Source of the DNA: Clostridia bacterium
GTDB taxonomy: Bacteria; Bacillota; Clostridia; UMGS1883
Length of the DNA stretch: 64,000 nt
Direction of reading: 5' to 3'
Assembly (NCBI GenBank): GCA_017472685.1
Contig: JAFUOO010000004.1
Location: forward strand, 158,903-222,902
The translations under genes were made by a program, and so were the position numbers. This document shows, in pieces, positions 47,505 to 57,598 of this stretch. The first letter of the stretch is position 1; every line of letters begins with the position of its first letter. Under the pieces are notes generated by a model. It ran no database searches. It was not told where the DNA came from and saw only the letters and a program-made list of their open reading frames with translations.

Positions 47505-47756
47505 TCACTCCTTTATATAAACTGTGTCCGTATTATTTGTTTCTTCGCGGAAAAAAGCACGTATATTAATGTGCAGCTCGGCGGCACATTTTTCCACAGT
47601 GCTTTTCTGACTGTTATCAAACCTTATACTGTAGCCGCAACCCTCTTTTGTGAGGGAGGAAGGTGTCTGGATGACTCGGGAAGGGACAGAGTATTTTTCC
47701 GTAAGCCGTGCTTTGAGACGGTTGGCGCTGTTGATTGATGCTACTGTTGCAAGCAT
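47505..47756 (-). CDS. DUF3343-like small protein, commonly adjacent to cysteine desulfurases.
   Basis: About 80 aa with a GCGYS motif. Tightly coupled to the downstream desulfurase gene. Confidence 0.4.
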   Translation of the reverse strand: MLATVASINSANRLKARLTEKYSVPSRVIQTPSSLTKEGCGYSIRFDNSQKSTVEKCAAELHINIRAFFREETNNTDTVYIKE

Positions 47757-47942
47757 TTGTTTTCTCCCTTCGGAAGTAGTGGAGATGAAATCTCAATACA
47801 ATTTATGTAATGTGTCAAAAAATTGTCAACACTGCCAATAAAAATAATGAAAAATTTATGAATTGTGTTGAAAAATTAAAAAGAAAATGGTATTATAGAG
47901 TAAGGTATGTATGTTGAAACTAAAAGGACGGAGTGAAAGAAT

Positions 47943-49031
47943 ATGCCAAATAATTACATCAGGACACTTGTTTACCAATTCAGAGATGTTTTCGAAAGAA
48001 AAATCGGCGTTATTGACGAAAACGGTTTCATAATTTCTCCCAGCAATCCCAAGGAGATTGATGCTTCCGTGGAAAGTATTCTGGAAAAGTGCGCAGAGGC
48101 GAATACAATATACCATTTTGCCGGATGCACATTTCTTTCCTTCGGCAATCAGAAGACAGAGTACATAACCTTTGCTTCCGGCGATGACGACGAGGCTCTC
48201 AGATGCTGCAGAGCTTTAGGCGTTTCCGTTGGCGGGGTCAAGGCTCTTTATGACGAAAAATACGACAGAGGCAATTTTGTAAAGAACATTATTCTCGACA
48301 ACATTCTTCCCGGGGACATCTATGCAAAGGCGCGCGAATTAAATATTGCACAGGATGCAGCAAGGGTTATTTTCAATGTTTCAAAGGAAAACCTTTCAGC
48401 TGATGAAATGAGCGTCAGAGGTATTATTGAAGGGCTTTATCCCGATAGTGAAAAGGACTTTGTTATCACAATTGACAGCGAAAACATTGTTCTTGTAAAA
48501 GAGGTTGAGGAAAATATTTCTCACGAAAAGCTCGAAAATATTGCAAAAACTATTTTCGACAACCTTCAGAGCGAAGCTCTTATAACAGTTACAGTTGGTA
48601 TAGGCACTGTTGTAAAGGGCGTGCCCGAGCTTGCAAAAAGCTACAAGGAAGCACAGATTGCAATCGAAGTAGGCAGAGCCTTTGACGAGGAAAAGAACGT
48701 TATCAACTACGAAAACCTCGGCATAGGAAGACTTATTTATCAGATGCCCACAACACTTTGCGAGCTGTTCCTTTCTGAAGTTTTCAAGACAGGCTCCATT
48801 GACTCGTTGGACCGTGAAACTCTTCTCACCATCCAGAAGTTCTTCGAAAACAACCTCAACGTTTCTGAAACCTCGCGTCAGCTTTATGTTCACAGAAACA
48901 CTCTTGTTTACCGTCTTGACAAGGTACAGAAGATAACAGGCTTGGATCTGCGTATTTTAGACCATGCAATTGTGTTCAAGGTTGCCATGATGGTTAAAAA
49001 GTATCTTAACAATTCACAGAGCCGCTATTGA
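47943..49031 (+). CDS. PucR/CdaR-family transcriptional regulator (C-terminal HTH).
   Basis: C-terminal HTH (ETSRQLYVHRNTLVYRLDKVQKITGLDLR) typical of PucR-type regulators. Confidence 0.55.
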   Translation: MPNNYIRTLVYQFRDVFERKIGVIDENGFIISPSNPKEIDASVESILEKCAEANTIYHFAGCTFLSFGNQKTEYITFASGDDDEALRCCRALGVSVGGVKALYDEKYDRGNFVKNIILDNILPGDIYAKARELNIAQDAARVIFNVSKENLSADEMSVRGIIEGLYPDSEKDFVITIDSENIVLVKEVEENISHEKLENIAKTIFDNLQSEALITVTVGIGTVVKGVPELAKSYKEAQIAIEVGRAFDEEKNVINYENLGIGRLIYQMPTTLCELFLSEVFKTGSIDSLDRETLLTIQKFFENNLNVSETSRQLYVHRNTLVYRLDKVQKITGLDLRILDHAIVFKVAMMVKKYLNNSQSRY

Positions 49032-49056
49032 TGGCTTTGTGCAGGAAAGGACAGTT

Positions 49057-49743
49057 ATGATTCAGTTTGATAACGTTACCGTTGTGTACAAAAACAACGT
49101 AACCGGACTTGATAAGGTCTCGTTCCACATCAATAAGGGCGAATTTGTGTTCCTTGTGGGTAAGACCGGTGCAGGCAAGAGCTCGGCAATCAAGCTTCTC
49201 ACTGCAGAAATTAAGCCGCTTTCAGGCGATGTATGGCTTGACGGCGTGAAGGTAAACGGCTTGAAAAACCGTAAAATCCCCTTCCACAGAAGAAAAATAG
49301 GCGTTGTATTCCAGGATTTCCGCCTTTTAAGAGATAAGACTGTTTATGAGAACGTTGCTCTTGCAATGGAAATTGTAGGCGCTTCAAAGAAGCAGATAAG
49401 AACAGAGGTGCCCAACATTCTCCGTCTTGTAGGGCTCAGCCAGAAAACAAGGGAATATCCTTCCTCGCTTTCAGGCGGCGAGCAGCAGAGAGTGGGCATT
49501 GCACGTGCGCTTGTTAACCGCCCCTCACTCATTATTGCGGACGAGCCCACAGGTAACCTCGACAGCGTTACAGCGTCATCCATTATGGAGCTTTTTGAAG
49601 AAATCAACCGCCAGGGCACAACAGTGCTCATGGTTACCCATTCTGAGAAAATTGTTAACGACATGAACAAGCGCGTTATTGAGCTTGACCACGGCATGCT
49701 TGTGCGTGACGACAAGAAGGGAGTGTATAACCTTGAAAATTAG
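49057..49743 (+). CDS. ftsE: Cell-division ABC ATPase FtsE.
   Basis: Walker A GKTGAGKSS, ABC signature LSGGEQQR, Walker B IIADEPT. Confidence 0.85.
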   Translation: MIQFDNVTVVYKNNVTGLDKVSFHINKGEFVFLVGKTGAGKSSAIKLLTAEIKPLSGDVWLDGVKVNGLKNRKIPFHRRKIGVVFQDFRLLRDKTVYENVALAMEIVGASKKQIRTEVPNILRLVGLSQKTREYPSSLSGGEQQRVGIARALVNRPSLIIADEPTGNLDSVTASSIMELFEEINRQGTTVLMVTHSEKIVNDMNKRVIELDHGMLVRDDKKGVYNLEN

Positions 49744-50620
49744 ACGCCCCTTCTACTTTCTCAAAAATGCGCTCATAGGCATGAAGCGAAACGGTGAAAT
49801 GACCATAACCGCAATTGTTACCGTTACAAGCTGCCTTTTGCTTTTTGGCGTGTTTATGCTTTTGTCGGCAAACGTTAACTTCATCGGCGAGCAGATAAGA
49901 AACCAGTGCCAGATTCAGGCATATATTGACTTTGATGCAACTGTGGACGAGGAAATGCTTGTGTACAGCCAGGTAAGGAATTTGCCCAACGTTGCGGAAT
50001 GTGTGTTCGTTTCCAAGGCAGACGCCATGGAAGAATACCGTGAATACCTCGGTGCAGACGCATCAGCATTTGACGGTCTTGAGGGCGAGGAATTCCTTCG
50101 TTCAAGCGTCAAAATCAACATGACCGACATCGAACAGGCAGAGGCTCTTGTTTCTACACTGGAAACCATACCCAACATCAAGAAGGTTTCCAACCGTCAG
50201 GATGTTGTGCAGAGGGTTATTGATGTAACCGACGTTATAAAGAATGCAAGCTTAGGTGCAATGATTATTTTGCTTCTGGTGGCAATTTTTATTATTTCAA
50301 ACACCATAAAGCTCAGTGTTTTTGCACGTAAGGACGAAATACACATCATGAAGTACGTGGGCGCAACCGCAAGCTTTGTAAGACAGCCCTTCCTGCTTGA
50401 AGGCATTCTTACAGGCATTATAGGCGGTGCCATAAGCCTGGTTTTAATAGGCTTCGGATATACCTACATAATTAAGTTTATGAAGGACTTTTTGGATATT
50501 TTCCAGCTTATTCCCTTTGCGGAAATTTTGCCGTTTATGGTTTCAACCACATTGATTTTCGGCGTTCTTATGGGTGCTGTGGGAAGTGCCATTGCACTTG
50601 CAAAGCATCTTAAGGTTTAA
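49733..50620 (+). CDS. ftsX: Cell-division permease FtsX.
   Basis: FtsX topology: TM, extracellular domain, then three TM. The probable TTG start overlaps the ftsE stop. An alternative ATG lies at 49781. Confidence 0.7.
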   Translation: MKIRRPFYFLKNALIGMKRNGEMTITAIVTVTSCLLLFGVFMLLSANVNFIGEQIRNQCQIQAYIDFDATVDEEMLVYSQVRNLPNVAECVFVSKADAMEEYREYLGADASAFDGLEGEEFLRSSVKINMTDIEQAEALVSTLETIPNIKKVSNRQDVVQRVIDVTDVIKNASLGAMIILLLVAIFIISNTIKLSVFARKDEIHIMKYVGATASFVRQPFLLEGILTGIIGGAISLVLIGFGYTYIIKFMKDFLDIFQLIPFAEILPFMVSTTLIFGVLMGAVGSAIALAKHLKV

Positions 50621-50640
50621 GAAAAGGTGATCAGTTTTTT

Positions 50641-51834
50641 ATGAAAAGGAACAGAAAAGAAAAGCAGAAGAGATTTGTTGCAGCATGCGCAATAATTGTG
50701 GTGCTGGCTCTTCTGGCAGGCATTTTTCTGCCGACCTTTGTTCAGGTGGCATCGGCTAAAACAACAGCCGAGCTGAAAAAAGAGGTTGAGCAGGCAAAGC
50801 AGAATAAAAACAACGCAAAGTCTCAGCTTAACAATGTCAAGGCAAAGAAGGCAAGTGTTGCCGACGAGGTTTTGTCAATCGACAGCGAGATTAACCGCGT
50901 TGAAAACGAAATAGAAGCTACTGCAAGAGCAATCGAGAAATCAAAGGCAGACCTTCTCATACGGGAAGAGGAGCTTAAGATTGCAGAAGAGAACTGTATG
51001 GAATACGATGAGGATTTCAAAACACGTGCCCGCATCATGTACGAAAACGGCACCTCCTCTTATCTTGAAGTGCTTTTAGGCGCATCCAGCTTCGGCGACT
51101 TTCTCTCAAGAATTGAAATGGTCAGGGAAATTGTTGAATACGACAGAAAAATCCTTGGCGAAATGAAAGCGACAAGAGACGCTCTTGCCCAGGCAAAGGC
51201 TGCTTTGGAGCTTGAGAAGGCAAACCTTGAAGCAAAGGAGGTTGAGCTTGCAAACATGAAAATTGAGCTCGGCTACCGTCTTGAGGCAAAGCAGGCTCTT
51301 TTAGACCAGCTCTATGCCGACGAAGCGGAGTATGCAAAGGCATACGAAAAGGCAGAGGCAGACGAGCAGAAAATCCAGAAGGAGCTTCAGGCTCAGGCAG
51401 CGAGGGAAGCGCAGAATGGAACGCAGACAAAATACACAGGCACAGGTAAGTTTTTGTGGCCCGTTCCCGCAAGCCAGAGGGTTACTTCCAAATACGGATA
51501 CAGAATTCACCCCGTGTATAAAACAAGGAAGTTCCACGCAGGCATTGACATTGGTGCAGGCTACGGCAGTGCCATTGTTGCGGCTGAGTCGGGTACAGTT
51601 ACCACTGCTACATACGGCTCAGGCTACGGCAAGTACGTTGTTGTAAGCCACGGCAGCGGTCTTACAACACTTTATGCTCACTGCAGCTCGCTTCTGGTTA
51701 AGGTGGGTGACAAGGTAACGCGCGGACAGACCATCGCAAAGGTTGGCTCCACGGGCGTTTCCACAGGTAACCACCTGCATTTTGAGGTGCGCATTAACGG
51801 CTCTACAACAGACCCGTTGGCATATGTAAATTAA
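50641..51834 (+). CDS. Coiled-coil M23 peptidase (EnvC/PcsB-like FtsEX partner).
   Basis: Signal/TM, a long coiled coil, and a C-terminal M23 domain (HAGIDI ... HLHFEV). Confidence 0.75.
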   Translation: MKRNRKEKQKRFVAACAIIVVLALLAGIFLPTFVQVASAKTTAELKKEVEQAKQNKNNAKSQLNNVKAKKASVADEVLSIDSEINRVENEIEATARAIEKSKADLLIREEELKIAEENCMEYDEDFKTRARIMYENGTSSYLEVLLGASSFGDFLSRIEMVREIVEYDRKILGEMKATRDALAQAKAALELEKANLEAKEVELANMKIELGYRLEAKQALLDQLYADEAEYAKAYEKAEADEQKIQKELQAQAAREAQNGTQTKYTGTGKFLWPVPASQRVTSKYGYRIHPVYKTRKFHAGIDIGAGYGSAIVAAESGTVTTATYGSGYGKYVVVSHGSGLTTLYAHCSSLLVKVGDKVTRGQTIAKVGSTGVSTGNHLHFEVRINGSTTDPLAYVN

Positions 51835-51853
51835 AATTGAGAGGAAAAAACTG

Positions 51854-53221
51854 ATGAGTCGTAATTTGGTGAGAATAGCAGCGATTGTTGTTATTGCTTC
51901 AATGCTTTTGTCTTTAGGCATAAGTGCAAATGCTGAGCCTCCTGCAACGGCGGCGGGAGCGGTTTTGCTCATAAATGCCGACAACGGAGATATATTATAC
52001 GGAAAAAATGAAAATCAGAGGATGTTTCCGGCGAGTACAACCAAAATAATGGTTGCACTTCTGGCATTGGAAAAGCTTGAGCTTGATGAAGAAGTTACTG
52101 CAACAAGCTCCGCTGTCAGCCTTTTGCCTCCGGGACATACAAACATAGGAATATTAAGTGACGAAACACTTACAGTGCGTCAGCTTCTGTACGGCTTGCT
52201 TCTTGCTTCGGCAGGCGATGCGGCAAACGTGCTTGGTGAGCGCATTTCGGGCAGTGTGGATGAGTTTATAAAGCTTATGAACACCCGTGCGTTGGAGCTT
52301 GGCATGAAAAACACCAACTACATGAACGCCAGCGGTGCCCATGACCCGCTGCACTATACAACAGCAGCTGACCTTGCAACTCTGGCACTTGCCGTTATGG
52401 AAAACGAGGTTTTCCGTGAAATGGTCAAAACAGATGTGTACATAATTCCTCCTACGGAAAAATATGATAAAGAGAGACGGCTTATCAATACCAACCATCT
52501 TATATCCAAGAAAAAAACAGCAAAGTATTACTATAAATACGCCACAGGCATCAAAACAGGCTTTACGAACGATGCAAAGCGTTGCCTGGTGGCAAGCGCA
52601 GAAAAGAACGGTATCAGTCTTATCAGCGTAGTTCTCGGCGCAGATGTTGTGGAATTGGACATGATGGACTATGTTGACACAAAAAATCTTTTTGAATACG
52701 GCTTCACAAATTACAAGAGCGAAAGCCTTGTAAGTGAAGGCAGTATTGTTGCCCAGGCTCCAATAAAGAGCGCTAAGGGCGAAAACAGAGTGCTTCTGGA
52801 AGCAGGCGGAAGCCTGTCAAAGCTTATCGGTGTCAACGAGGTAATGGGTGAGGTTACCCACAAGGAAACTGTTCACAAAAACATAAAGGCGCCCATTTCC
52901 CGCGGCGAAGTGCTGGGCGAGGCTGAATATTTTGTGGACAACGTTTCTATCGGTACCATCCCGCTTATAGCCACAAAGGATTATGCCTTTGATCCCATCA
53001 AGAATGTTCTTGGGGTGGTTGCATCTATCTTCACTTCTCCGTGGCTGTATCTTCCCTTTGTTCTGTTTTTCATTGCTCTGGTTATAATAAGACAGTACAA
53101 CTATAACAAACGCAGAAAGCAACGGGCAGAGGCAAGAAGGCTCGAAAAGGAAAAGGAAGCAGAAAAGCGTCGTGCAGAAATGAAAAAAGACATTTATGTG
53201 CAGGACTTTTTGAATAAATAA
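51854..53221 (+). CDS. D-alanyl-D-alanine carboxypeptidase (PBP5-type serine peptidase) with a C-terminal membrane anchor.
   Basis: SxxK (ASTTKIM), SGN-like and KTG (IKTGFT) motifs. C-terminal TM. Confidence 0.8.
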   Translation: MSRNLVRIAAIVVIASMLLSLGISANAEPPATAAGAVLLINADNGDILYGKNENQRMFPASTTKIMVALLALEKLELDEEVTATSSAVSLLPPGHTNIGILSDETLTVRQLLYGLLLASAGDAANVLGERISGSVDEFIKLMNTRALELGMKNTNYMNASGAHDPLHYTTAADLATLALAVMENEVFREMVKTDVYIIPPTEKYDKERRLINTNHLISKKKTAKYYYKYATGIKTGFTNDAKRCLVASAEKNGISLISVVLGADVVELDMMDYVDTKNLFEYGFTNYKSESLVSEGSIVAQAPIKSAKGENRVLLEAGGSLSKLIGVNEVMGEVTHKETVHKNIKAPISRGEVLGEAEYFVDNVSIGTIPLIATKDYAFDPIKNVLGVVASIFTSPWLYLPFVLFFIALVIIRQYNYNKRRKQRAEARRLEKEKEAEKRRAEMKKDIYVQDFLNK

Positions 53222-53228
53222 GAAAGGG

Positions 53229-53483
53229 TTGATTACGTTGACAAATTTTACAACAAAAATTGAACTCGGCAATAACCGTGACGATGAAATTAAGGCAATT
53301 CTTGCTCACGTACATGCAGCATTGGTGGAAAAGGGCTATAACCCCATAAGCCAGATGGTTGGGTATATTATGTCAGGCGACCCGACTTATATTACAAGCC
53401 ATAAGGGCGCACGAGGCATGATTACACGCTTCGAGCGCGATGAGCTGTTAGAAGTGGTGTTCAAGGAATATCTTAATAAGTAA
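53229..53483 (+). CDS. ireB: IreB-family (UPF0297) protein.
   Basis: About 84 aa with the characteristic conserved core (ISQMVGYIMSGDPTYITSH). Confidence 0.6.
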   Translation: MITLTNFTTKIELGNNRDDEIKAILAHVHAALVEKGYNPISQMVGYIMSGDPTYITSHKGARGMITRFERDELLEVVFKEYLNK

Positions 53484-53549
53484 AATGCAAAATACTTAAT
53501 TAAATGAACAAATTTTCCGGAAGGGGAATTTGTTCATTTAAATTAAAAT

Positions 53550-53633
53550 GCGGATGTGGCGGAATTGGCAGACGTGCCAGATTTAGGTTCTGGTGCCTTT
53601 GGCGTGCAGGTTCAACCCCTGTCATCCGCACCA
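53550..53633 (+). tRNA. tRNA-Leu, anticodon TAG (long variable arm).
   Basis: Acceptor GCGGATG/CATCCGC, anticodon stem CCAGA/TCTGG with loop TTTAGGT, long extra arm. T-arm is AGGTTCAACCCCT. CCA is encoded. Confidence 0.85.
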
Positions 53634-53637
53634 AAAA

Positions 53638-53670
53638 GAAAACTGTCCTTTGGGGCAGTTTTTTCTTTTT
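53638..53670 (+). terminator. Rho-independent terminator after tRNA-Leu.
   Basis: Hairpin aaaactgtcc-tttg-gggcagtttt plus a T-run. Confidence 0.5.
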
Positions 53671-53790
53671 GAACCAGACAGAGTTGACCCTTACGCTGCT
53701 GCTTGTTTTAAAACAGGCATTTTTTCAACATTTTTATATGTACAATAGCCTGTAAAAATGATAAACTAAAACTATATGGAGGGGATAATA

Positions 53791-56640
53791 ATGAAAAAAA
53801 GACTTGTTTCGTTAATATTGATGCTTGCAATTATAGGTGCAACATTTTCACATTACATAACCGTAGGTGCGGCAACGCCCATAGTTGCGTTCCCGGGCGC
53901 AGAGGGCGCAGGGCGCTACGCTACAGGCGGCAGAGGCGGCACGGTTTACCATGTAACAAACCTTAACGACAGCGGAGCAGGCTCCTTCCGTGACGCGGTG
54001 TCTGCATCAAACAGAATTATTGTGTTCGACGTTGGCGGCACTATTGAACTTAGTGGCGACGTTGTTGTAAAGGGCAACAACACCATCGCAGGGCAGACGG
54101 CGCCCGGTGGCGGCGGCATTACCCTCCGCGGCGGTAAAATAGGCATGGGCGGCGATAATATTATTATCCGCTTTGTGTCCTCCCGTCCTGGCGAAAACGG
54201 CTCAAGCGAGTGCGACGCCTGGGGTGGCGACAAGGGCTCAAACTCCATCATTGACCATTGCTCCATAGGCTGGGCTAACGACGAGCAGTTCGGCTTGTAT
54301 TCAAATAACCAGAACCAGACCGTGCAGTATTCCATCATTGGTCCCTCCAACTGTATTTCCTACCACTCAAAGGGCGCTCACGGCTTTGGCATAATGCTGG
54401 GCAAGGCAAACAACACCTGGCACCACAACATGATTGCTCACAACATTTCCCGTAATTACCGCGGCAAGTCAACAGGCGCAATCGACTATGTAAACAACGT
54501 TATATATAACTGGGGCTACCAGACAGCCTACGGCACCTTCGGACAGGTTAACTATGTGGGCAACTACTTCAAGGCAGGGCTTTCCACAACAGGCGGCTAC
54601 CGCTATGTGGACCTTTCCAGCGGTACCGATTACCACAAATTCCGTTTTTACCTCACAGGCAACAAAATGGTAACAAGCACAGGTGCAGATTATAATACTG
54701 TTATGAACACCGATAACTGGAACGGCTTTGATTTCGGTTCTTCAGGTCTTTCAAGGTCAGATATTGAAATTACAACACCTGTAGCAGTGTACGACAGTCA
54801 GGGGCAGAACGCATCCGTGGCATACAATGCACAAACTGCTGACAAGGCATTTGAAACCGTACTCCAGCACGCAGGTGCAGGCATAAGTGCAAATTTAAGA
54901 CCCAAAATCGACCAACAGGTTATGTACGAAGCAAAAACAGGCACAGGCTACTTAACAGGCGGCCGTGACTTTTCTACGCTTACCTCCAGCGATACAGCCT
55001 TGAACGAGGCTATTGAAAAGTACAGCATCAAGGAAATGAACTATGACGAGTATTATCCCACACCAATTACACAAAAGGAAATAACAGATGCCGACAACGA
55101 CGGCATGAGCGACGAGTGGGAAATGGCACGTGGTCTTGACACATCAAAAAACGATGCCATGGGCGACTACTTGGGTCAGGGCTACAACAATATTGAATAC
55201 TACATAAACGACCTTACGGTGGATGCATTCCCCGAGGGTGTTGTAACACCTTCCCCCGAAACAGTTGAGCTTGGCGAAAACTATGAAAAAGCCAAGGCGG
55301 ACGCAGAAAAGATTACGCTTTCAACTGCAACAGTAAAGTCAAAGGGTGACTTAACCCTTCCCACAAAGGGCACAAACGGCTCAAGTATTTCCTGGACAAG
55401 CTCTTCTGCAGCTATTACAGTAACAAACAATAAAATAACAGCTGTTAACCGTCCCTCGGCAGGGGATGCCACGGTAGTGCTTATGGCAAGCGTTACCTAC
55501 GGCGATTTTACCATTAACCGCTCCTTTAGTGTGACAGTGCCCGGACAGCCCATGAAGTTTGACTTTGGCTCGGGCGATGTGCAATCGGGCTTTGTAAAGG
55601 TGGATGCATCAAAGCTGTATTCAACCTCTTCGCCTTACGGCTTTGTAAGTGCTTTGGGGAACATGGCACGCGCACCCTATAACATTCCCTCGGGCTATGA
55701 AGCCGTGCATAACGACCAGGTAACAGGCGAGGGCACCTTCAAAGCAGAGGTGCCCAACGGAAAATACACGGTTGTTGTTCATTACGGAAGCTGGAACACA
55801 AGCTTTGGCACGAGCTTTACAATCGAAGGCGTGAATACAGGCAACCTTTATTCAACTGATGCAACTGAGTATGTTACAGAGGTTGAAATAACCGACGGAA
55901 TGTTTGAAATGGAAATTAAAAAGGGCGACAAAGCTTATGGTGGCTACATAAACGGCTTGGAAATTTTAACGCCCGAATATCATTTTGACTTCGGCGACGG
56001 AAGCGTTCAGGAGGGCTATACAAAGGTCAACGCGGCAACCGTATATTCGGGAACTGCACGCTATGGCTTTGCCGAAGGCTCCTCGCAGTACGACATGACA
56101 CGTGCTCCCGGAGGCATACCCTCGGGCTATGACAACCTGCATTTTGACCAGGTGCAGGGCACAACCAATTTCAAGGCAAAGCTTCCCAACGGAGACTACA
56201 TTGTGACAATACATTACGGCTGCTGGAACTCAGGCTACGGTACAAGCTACGTTGTGGAGGGTGTGGCATCGGGCAATCTTCACTCCACAAGCGCTGCCAC
56301 ATACACTTTTGAGGTAAAGGTAACAGACGGTGTGCTGGATGTGGCAATCAATAGAGGTGCACAGTCCTACGGCGGCTACATAAACGGACTTGATGTTGTA
56401 CCCGTTGTAATTGAGCCCGAGGCAGTGATGACCTACTCGGAAGGCTCCGTTACCGTAACATCGGAAAGCGTTACCAAGGCAATACTGATACACGTTTCAG
56501 ATCAGGGAATAGTAACAATAAAGCCCCTCTCATTTGCTGACGGCGAGGCAACTGCAGACATTACTGTTAAAAGCGGCGACAAGCTCATGGTGTGGAACAG
56601 CATAACAGGCATGGTGCCTTTAAGCGAAGTGTATGAATAA
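53791..56640 (+). CDS. Secreted pectate-lyase-like beta-helix polysaccharide lyase with tandem C-terminal beta-sandwich (CBM-like) modules.
   Basis: Signal peptide. N-terminal AFPGAEGAGRYATGGRGGTVYHVTNLNDSGAGSFRDAV and IIDHCS blocks typical of pectate lyases. Two roughly 130-aa internal repeats (FDFG.G.VQ.G..KV.A...YS....YGF...). Confidence 0.6.
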   Translation: MKKRLVSLILMLAIIGATFSHYITVGAATPIVAFPGAEGAGRYATGGRGGTVYHVTNLNDSGAGSFRDAVSASNRIIVFDVGGTIELSGDVVVKGNNTIAGQTAPGGGGITLRGGKIGMGGDNIIIRFVSSRPGENGSSECDAWGGDKGSNSIIDHCSIGWANDEQFGLYSNNQNQTVQYSIIGPSNCISYHSKGAHGFGIMLGKANNTWHHNMIAHNISRNYRGKSTGAIDYVNNVIYNWGYQTAYGTFGQVNYVGNYFKAGLSTTGGYRYVDLSSGTDYHKFRFYLTGNKMVTSTGADYNTVMNTDNWNGFDFGSSGLSRSDIEITTPVAVYDSQGQNASVAYNAQTADKAFETVLQHAGAGISANLRPKIDQQVMYEAKTGTGYLTGGRDFSTLTSSDTALNEAIEKYSIKEMNYDEYYPTPITQKEITDADNDGMSDEWEMARGLDTSKNDAMGDYLGQGYNNIEYYINDLTVDAFPEGVVTPSPETVELGENYEKAKADAEKITLSTATVKSKGDLTLPTKGTNGSSISWTSSSAAITVTNNKITAVNRPSAGDATVVLMASVTYGDFTINRSFSVTVPGQPMKFDFGSGDVQSGFVKVDASKLYSTSSPYGFVSALGNMARAPYNIPSGYEAVHNDQVTGEGTFKAEVPNGKYTVVVHYGSWNTSFGTSFTIEGVNTGNLYSTDATEYVTEVEITDGMFEMEIKKGDKAYGGYINGLEILTPEYHFDFGDGSVQEGYTKVNAATVYSGTARYGFAEGSSQYDMTRAPGGIPSGYDNLHFDQVQGTTNFKAKLPNGDYIVTIHYGCWNSGYGTSYVVEGVASGNLHSTSAATYTFEVKVTDGVLDVAINRGAQSYGGYINGLDVVPVVIEPEAVMTYSEGSVTVTSESVTKAILIHVSDQGIVTIKPLSFADGEATADITVKSGDKLMVWNSITGMVPLSEVYE

Positions 56641-56708
56641 AAAACATTGAAATATCTTGTTCCGCATAAATAAATATGGTATAATAAGCAGGAAAGAGGG
56701 TATTTTTT

Positions 56709-57551
56709 ATGAACTTTATAGAATGGTTAAAGGTTATTCTTCTGGGCGTTATTGAAGGTATCACCGAATGGCTTCCCATAAGCAGTACAGGGCATCTTAT
56801 TTTAGTGGATGAATTTGTAAAGCTTAAGCAAAGCGCTGAGTTTATGGAAATGTTCAATGTTGTAATTCAGCTTGGTGCAATACTGGCAGTGGTTGTTCTT
56901 TATTGGAGCAAGCTGTGGCCCTTCCGCATGCCCAAGGGAAGAGAAGGAAGCCTTGTTTCGAAATGGTGCGATATTGACAAAATTGTTCTCTGGCTCAAGA
57001 TTGTTGTTGCCTGCTTGCCTGCAATGGTTATAGGGCTTCCCCTTGATGACTGGATGGATGAGCATTTACATAACGGCATTGTGGTTGCTGTTGCACTTAT
57101 TTTCTACGGCGTTGTATTCATATTTATTGAAAACTACAACAAAAAGCGGACAGCACGCATTACAAGCCTTAACGAGCTTACCTTCAAGGATGCTCTTCTC
57201 ATAGGTGCATTTCAGACCCTTAGCTTAATCCCCGGAACAAGCCGCTCAGGCTCAACAATCATCGGCGGTATTTTAATCGGCACATCGAGAGAATTGGCAG
57301 CTGAGTTTACATTCTTCTTGGCAATTCCCGTAATGTTTGGTGCAAGTGCGCTGAAGCTTTTGAAATTTGGGCTTGGCTTTGAAAAGATAGAGCTTGCAGT
57401 TTTGGTTGTGGGCATGCTTGTAGCATTTGTTGTTTCAATTCTGGCAATCAAATTCCTTATGGGCTACATTAAAAAGCACGATTTCAAGGCATTCGGCTGG
57501 TACAGAATTGTGCTTGGCATTATCGTTTTAGCGTATTTTATATTTAACTGA
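56709..57551 (+). CDS. uppP: Undecaprenyl-diphosphate phosphatase.
   Basis: Classic BacA/UppP N-terminus ([17 protein letters not shown]) and a C-terminal PGxSRSG motif. Confidence 0.85.
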   Translation: MNFIEWLKVILLGVIEGITEWLPISSTGHLILVDEFVKLKQSAEFMEMFNVVIQLGAILAVVVLYWSKLWPFRMPKGREGSLVSKWCDIDKIVLWLKIVVACLPAMVIGLPLDDWMDEHLHNGIVVAVALIFYGVVFIFIENYNKKRTARITSLNELTFKDALLIGAFQTLSLIPGTSRSGSTIIGGILIGTSRELAAEFTFFLAIPVMFGASALKLLKFGLGFEKIELAVLVVGMLVAFVVSILAIKFLMGYIKKHDFKAFGWYRIVLGIIVLAYFIFN

Positions 57552-57557
57552 TAACAA

Positions 57558-57592
57558 AAGAGAGCTTTGGTTTTAGCACCAAAGCTCTTTTT
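57558..57592. terminator. Bidirectional terminator.
   Basis: Hairpin aaagagctttggt...accaaagctcttt. Confidence 0.5.
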
Positions 57593-57598
57593 AATCCT

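Noticed and set aside
53504-53755. 83-aa ORF overlapping tRNA-Leu.
   Set aside because: It overlaps a clear tRNA and its terminator. It is spurious.
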